Source: Apus apus
Taxonomy: Eukaryota
Assembly: GCF_020740795.1 (NCBI RefSeq)
Contig: NC_067282.1
Coordinates: forward strand, 18,025,172-18,089,171
Direction: 5' to 3'
Length of the DNA stretch: 64,000 nt
Shown: positions 58,651 through 64,000 of the stretch, piece after piece
Layout of the letters: every line of letters starts with the position of its first letter
Numbering within the stretch: position 1 is the stretch's first letter
Translations under genes and position numbers: made by a program
The notes under the pieces: model-generated
The model's input: only the letters and a program-made list of their open reading frames with translations
Database searches by the model: none
Told to the model about the DNA's origin: nothing

Positions 58651-60759
58651 GTTTCGCTGCTCCCCGGGGAGGCTCCGCAGCCCGGCCGGGAGCGGTGCTC
58701 AGCCCTGCGCTGGCCCCAGGGCGCTGGGCCGGCCGCTGCTGCTCCCTCGCCGGAGTCCTGCGGGCACAGGCTGCTGCAGGGGAAGGTTTTCCTGCGCGGT
58801 TCGTGTCTGCCTGGCCAAGAACCGTGCAGAAACAGTAATTCCGTTATAATTGTCGTTTAAAGCACGGCGTGTGTAATTTTGCAGGCAAGCTTTTCGTGTC
58901 TTACAGTTCTGACTAAAGACTAAATCTGGAGTACCTTTACTAAACTATTTTGTGTGCGTTGTGAAACTGCTCTTATGGCTGAATTGCAGGAGTTTGTTGA
59001 TGTAAAGTGAGTGTAGCAATGGGCAGGATTTATGACGGAGAACTCGGAGATGGTTTCAGGGTATGTTCAGAGAGACTATGTTTACTGGCTTGTAAAACGT
59101 GAATATAAAACATGCTTAAAATAAAAGCAGCTTATCTTCCAATAAAATAACTAGCTGTAGTGCTCCTTAGACAGATATATCTTCGTTTCTTTCTTTGAAA
59201 GCAGCCTAGACTGGTTGAAGTTCTGTAGTTTTCTAAACCTGAAATACAAAAAAATTAATATAGTCTGTGTGGTTTTTTTATTCTTTTGTTTCCAAACATT
59301 GTTTATTTTAATTAATCTATGGGTTTTGGTTTAGGCTTCAGTCAGGTACATGATGGTATAGAATTTTGCCTGTTTAGTCTAAAACATCAGGCTTGGAGAC
59401 CCTTTAGATCAGTAATTTCTTACGTATTTATGATGGTGTCATGATTAAGTTGAAGTATCTTGATGGCTTAAGAGTGTTACAGAGGGAGAGCCACACCTTC
59501 CACGCCCTTGCAAGGGATAGGAGGGTATGCCGAGTACCACACCTTAAAAATGTCTTTGGTCTGTTCTGGTGTCTTATGCCCTCTCCTTTTATCATCGTCC
59601 TTCTCCTTCAAGCAGCACATTCTGCAGCAGGTTCTGAGCTGTATGCACTTTAGATTTCCAGGCTGTCACTGCAGTGAGCTCTGCTGTATGGATGTGCCTC
59701 TCCCAGGGCATGTTGCTTGTGGCTCCGTGGCATTTGCTCCAGTTGCACAAGGTCACCTTTCCATTGCTCTTAAGTGAGGGCCATGCTCCTGTGCTTCAAA
59801 AATACAGGGCAAGACAGATACTCAAAGACAGATATGCAGTCCTAACTTCCAAAATGGCTGAAAAAATCTGTGTTATATTCTGTGAACTATATTTTAAGTA
59901 GTCCTGCTTTATACTAGTGGTTCCCAACTTGCAGATTTTCGACTCCGATACAAAGTCCAGGCAGGTGCACTGAGTCGGCCACTGTCCAGCCAGTCAGTGT
60001 GTTCCTGTGTCACAGCTGCAGAAGCTGGAGAGCACTGCACAGAGAAGCTCTTGTCATTTGCAGTCCTGATGTCGCCTGAGCTGGTAGGAGTGGCAGCAAG
60101 AGAGAGACATGGCATTCTTGGGATAGGATTGGCTAGGGAGTTAGACCTGCAGATAAATAGAACATTATTGCTCTCTTAAGTAGGAGATGTTAAAGTTTGG
60201 ACATGTTTCCTGTAAGAATATCTAGAAAGCCTATCATACTACACTGAAGTTCTTCTGAAACAAGAGGTTCCATTGCAAATAATGACATTCCCCAGTGGAG
60301 ATGGGTAACCTTAACTCTGCTGTTAAATGACATGGTGATACCCCTTTTCATAGGATTTGTTTCTAGCCCATCACTAGTTCTCATAGAAGCTACAGCAGTA
60401 TAAAAATGTTTGGAAGTGGTCTTTTTTTTTGTAAGCGATACAGAAGAAAGAAATAACAATGTTGACTAAAATAATATTGACAGGAGAGTATAAGGCTGTG
60501 TGTGTATCCTTAGTATGATGATTATTCTTCTGTCTTCACTTAAGCTGCATTTCTGTATCATTGTCTGTGTACTGGATATAGAATCACTCGGCAGTCAAAT
60601 ATTCTTACGTTTACAGTAGAATTTATCCAGCTTTCTCAGTTAATTAAAAAAGGACTTGTAACTTGTTTTGCACCAACTTTAGAAGGATGTAGCAGTAACT
60701 GTGCAGCTAATTGAAATCCTGCATCTGAAATGGTATAACACTGTACCACCAGACAGGTG

Positions 60760-61300
60760 AGAGGCCAGCTGGCTAGGAAGCAGCTTTGTGGGAAAGGAGC
60801 TGGGAGTCCCCACGGACAAGTGAGTTGACCATGAGTCAGCAGTTCTTGCAGCTAAGAATGACAACAGCAGGCGAGAGTGTGGCCAGCAGGTCACAAGAGA
60901 TGCTTCTTCCTCTCTTTTCAGTGCTGCTGAGATGTATGTGGAATACTGTGTCAAGTTCTGAGTTCCTCAGGATGGAAGAGACATGGACATACTGGAGTGA
61001 AGGATTATGAGGGGAGCTGGAGCACAGGAGGCTGACAGAGCTAGGTTTGCTCTGCCATAAGAAGAGAAGAATCAGGGAGATGGGAGTGTGTAGAGAGGAC
61101 AGAGTCAGATCGTTCTCAGAGTTGCACAATGACAGGATAAGAGAGGCAGTGGACACAAGCTGGAACACAGGGAAATCTGAATAGCTGCAGCTTCACTTGG
61201 CAGATTTCTGAGCAGCCTGATCTAGTTGGTTCTGCTCTGAGCAGGGCGTTTTACATTTTAGTCCTGGAGATCCCTTATAACCAAAACTACTGTGTGATTG
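60760..61300 (+). mobile_element. Degenerate CR1 LINE 3' fragment in MPHOSPH8 intron 1
   Basis: Translation ...LLRCMWNTVSSSEFLRMEETWTYWSEGL.GELEHRRLTELGLLCHKKRRIRE...GSGHKLE... parallels the CR1 ORF2 C-terminus ([58 protein letters not shown]...NGHKLEH). The ORFs 60786..61010 (+) and 60836..61168 (-) lie inside it. Confidence 0.65.
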
Positions 61301-62865
61301 TAAGAAGATGGTTACTAGTGGCGTACTGTGTGAATAACCCATTAGAAGAAGGAAAGAGGGACAGGTGAACGTGATTCTGAAAAGTAATTCCTGAATCAAG
61401 AGTGCATAGTTAAACTAAATTCTGAGATACACTACACCAATGTACCTGAATATAGGCTATTTATTTATATGTCTGTGAAGCAAAATGTGAAAGATTGTAA
61501 GGTGAGTTGATTGCTAAAGTTTAATGGCATATATATATATACACACTTGTTAAAAGGTTAATGGTGCTCAGGCAAAAATGTAAGTTTATGGATATTAGTG
61601 CAATTGTCAAATGGCAGTTCTTTTGGAGCTTTCCTTCTCCAGGCTTGGTTAGCAGTGTAGGATCTTTTATGACATTATCAATCCATTTTTGAAATAAATG
61701 GATACTATTATTTTGCCTCTCCAAAGTTGCTTTCTGTAGTACATTGGCTAATATTTTTTTTCAAATTATTACTTAAGGAGTTCAGGAATGGCCATGTTTC
61801 TTGGCATTCGTTTTTTTATATGGACAATGTATTTTCTTAAGTTTGCTGCTGGCTTTTGTCATACATCTGTTTAAACATACTACACGTTTAATCCACGAAG
61901 GTGATCACATTGGTTTCATAGGACAGGTCTCTCTTTTCATCTTGGTGCAGGAGGCACTGAGTTTGCCACTTGTCAGGCTATATCAGCAACATGCTGATTC
62001 CAAGCTAATAAGCTTCTTCTCAGCAAGAAAAGGATTCTTGAGAAACGTAAGGATTCAGACTTCTTAATAAATTTAGGAGAAAGGCAAGAGATAATTTGGT
62101 GAAAGCTGCTTTTTTTTTAATGGTGAAAGACTTTCTGATCTAGTGAAAAAACAACATAGACACTAAAAGATGCAATTTCATCCTATGATGAAGTTAAATA
62201 CTGTTGAAACACTTGGTTTAGGGCTTTTGTATGTAACCTTTTACCAAAATCTTTGTAACCAGTTCCATTGAGATGCACACACTCACATTTTGTCTGCATT
62301 TATCTCACTGGGGGTTTGGTTTGGGATTTTTTCTGTGTTTCAATTTATCAAAAGTAGCACTGATTACAAATCTCTCATAAGTTATGAATTCCAGTAGAGA
62401 ACTAGGTGAATAGCGTTAATGCATTTTAAGTTTTATGGTTTTACATCAGCTTCTTCAGCATGGAGAAATAATTAAAGCTTGAAATTTTTATAGAAGAAAT
62501 ACTAAAATGTAAAAAAAATCGGTTTCATTACTGTCAGATAATTCATTTCAGTAAAATGACTGGGAATTTATAACTGTGTACATTATAGCTGTGGTTATGA
62601 ACAAATTTTAGATACTACAAAATATTCTGGAGAAAACCACTCCAGCTACTAAAACAGCCTGGTTTGCAGCCTGCTTAGCTCAGTATGTGATGCACACAGA
62701 AATAATTCTGGGAATTCTTATGTTGACAGTGGGTTGAACTGCCCATTATATTCATTTCTGTATACACAAGATTTAATATCCACTGAGATCCCCAAGAATT
62801 GAGTACATGCTGCAATACTATGCTGTGTTATATTAAATGTTTATTGTTGGTTTTTTTTCTTACAG

Positions 62866-63021
62866 GGTGAAATTTTCTACAAAGTCCGGTGGAAAGGATA
62901 CACCTCTGATGATGATACCTGGGAGCCAGAGGTTCATTTAGAAGACTGCAAAGAAGTGCTGCTCGAATTCAGAAAAAAAATTGTGGACAATAAGCCTAAA
63001 CCTGTTAAAAAAGACATACAG
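62866..63021 (+). CDS. MPHOSPH8: MPHOSPH8 exon 2 (chromodomain)
   Basis: ttcttacag|GGT; GEIFYKVRWKGYTSDDDTWEPEVHLEDCKEVLLEFRKKIVDNKPKPVKKDIQ vs human MPP8 GKVLYKVRWKGYTSDDDTWEPEIHLEDCKEVLLEFRKKIAENKAKAVRKDIQ; donor CAG|gtgagt. Confidence 0.95.
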
Positions 63022-63885
63022 GTGAGTTTCACCTTCCAGTAGTTACACTGAGCCCTATCTAGGCTCTGCTAATGGGAGGAGAGAGAAGGGAAGACATTTG
63101 GAATATGAAATTAAAAAGAGTTAAAGAATCTCTTCCATCTAAAAGTGTTTGGTTTCGTGTAAAACTGAATATTGTTGCTTTTCTCTGGTTAGGGAATTTT
63201 TTTTTAATTGAAAAGTTTCATTTTGGACTCTAAATCCATCTAAATTTTATTTCAGTTTTTGATGGGACTATATAAATGATGTGTGGTGATTTTAGTTTGT
63301 TTTTTCCTACCCACATACATATTGTCTTGTCAGTGAAGCTGGGCACTGCTCAGTTCACCCTCTTGCTTTGTAGCAGATTGTTAAAATTTTGCATGTTAAC
63401 CATTTAATTTGCTAAGATAGGAATCCAGAAAAATTAACTGCAAGAAGGCAGCATGTGACTTCTTTTTGAAGTGCTCAGTCAGTATGAAAACGAAACATGA
63501 GAATCTTTTTTAAAAAAACTGGTACCTTCTGGGAAATCTGTATGTAAATTTTAGAAAAGCAGGTTAATTGTGATGAAAAATAGTTCAGGTTTAGTTCTGA
63601 TCTGGAAGCTGGTTGTTGAATATCTGATTGGTTTACTGGACTTGTTTATGTATTGATTCTCATCCAAGCAGTTGGTACTGTAATTTAGGTAACTAAGAAG
63701 CTAGAAAAGTATTTACAGATTTTACAGTCTGGCAATGGGGGTGGTGTTTGCAGATATAAAAAGTTTTAAGTGTTTAAAAATTGACTTTTCCCAAGCACCA
63801 CCACTAGCATTTTTGTGTGGCTTACACCAGAGTGATACAGTTTAATGAGGAAATGAATATTTTCTTTTTTTCTCTTATTTTTTAG

Positions 63886-64000
63886 AAACTATCTCTAAAT
63901 GATGATGTATTTGAAGCAGAGTCTGACAGTGACTGGCAAAGTGAAACAAAAGATGATGTTTCACCAAAGAAGAAAAAGAAGAAGTCAAAAGATGGAGAGG
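63886..64000 (+). CDS. MPHOSPH8: MPHOSPH8 exon 3 (partial, runs off window edge)
   Basis: tattttttag|AAA; KLSLNDDVFEAESDSDWQSETKDDVSPKKKKKKSKDGE vs human RLSLNNDIFEANSDSDQQSETKEDTSPKKKKKKLRQREE. Confidence 0.92.

Larger units (their letters stand above)
57640..58860. promoter_or_regulatory. MPHOSPH8: CpG island, MPHOSPH8 promoter / exon 1 / 5' end of intron 1
   Basis: Abrupt rise to very high GC and CpG density about 580 bp upstream of the MPHOSPH8 ATG (58224), continuing into the intron. GC-driven ORFs on both strands here are artefacts, apart from the MPHOSPH8 frame. Confidence 0.8.

Noticed and set aside
57711-58860. Minus-strand and alternative-frame ORFs (57711..58366 minus; 58207..58860 plus, frames 2 and 3) around the MPHOSPH8 start
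   Set aside because: - These are GC-island artefacts.
- Only the 58224 frame continues into a conserved motif (FEVEKILDVKTEG) and ends at a consensus donor joining the chromodomain exon.
1-64000. A prokaryote-style defence or mobile system (operon, CRISPR, toxin-antitoxin, etc.)
   Set aside because: - The window is eukaryotic, with spliced multi-exon genes, CR1 LINEs and CpG islands.
- There are no dense co-directional ORF arrays, no CRISPR-like regularly spaced repeats (the only regular arrays are the 21-bp minisatellites) and no RBS-type signals.
- No such system is supported.

Overview
This window is vertebrate, almost certainly avian, genomic DNA, not a prokaryotic or accessory-element locus. 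The evidence is an AT-rich background with long introns and canonical GT-AG splice sites. There are many CR1 (chicken-repeat-1) LINE fragments with the characteristic ...GGTTGGACTAGATGATCT...CCAACC 3' ends and ATTCTRTG tails, plus two CpG islands. I can support three protein-coding genes, named by homology recalled from memory with no database search.

- CENPJ/CPAP: 5' part on the minus strand (1..5667), including the first coding exon.
- PARP4 (vault PARP): the complete coding region on the plus strand. ATG at 11354, stop ending at 55901, 35 coding exons, with BRCT, PARP catalytic, VIT, vWA and C-terminal MVP-binding regions recognisable.
- MPHOSPH8/MPP8: first three exons on the plus strand (58224..64000), including the chromodomain exon.

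CENPJ and PARP4 are head-to-head across a shared CpG island (6660..7620). PARP4 and MPHOSPH8 are tail-to-head, about 2.3 kb apart.

I found no novel multi-gene system. The points worth follow-up are:
- an intragenic tandem duplication in PARP4 that created a pair of paralogous in-frame exons;
- a G-quadruplex-prone 21-bp VNTR immediately upstream of the MPHOSPH8 promoter;
- frame-determining tandem splice sites in two PARP4 exons;
- a nested TE insertion inside a CR1 with a candidate 5-bp target-site duplication;
- a CENPJ-PARP4 bidirectional promoter arrangement that differs from the human gene order as I recall it.

Every exon call rests on reading frame, GT-AG splice signals, phase consistency across junctions and remembered similarity to human proteins. 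All of them need alignment-based confirmation.
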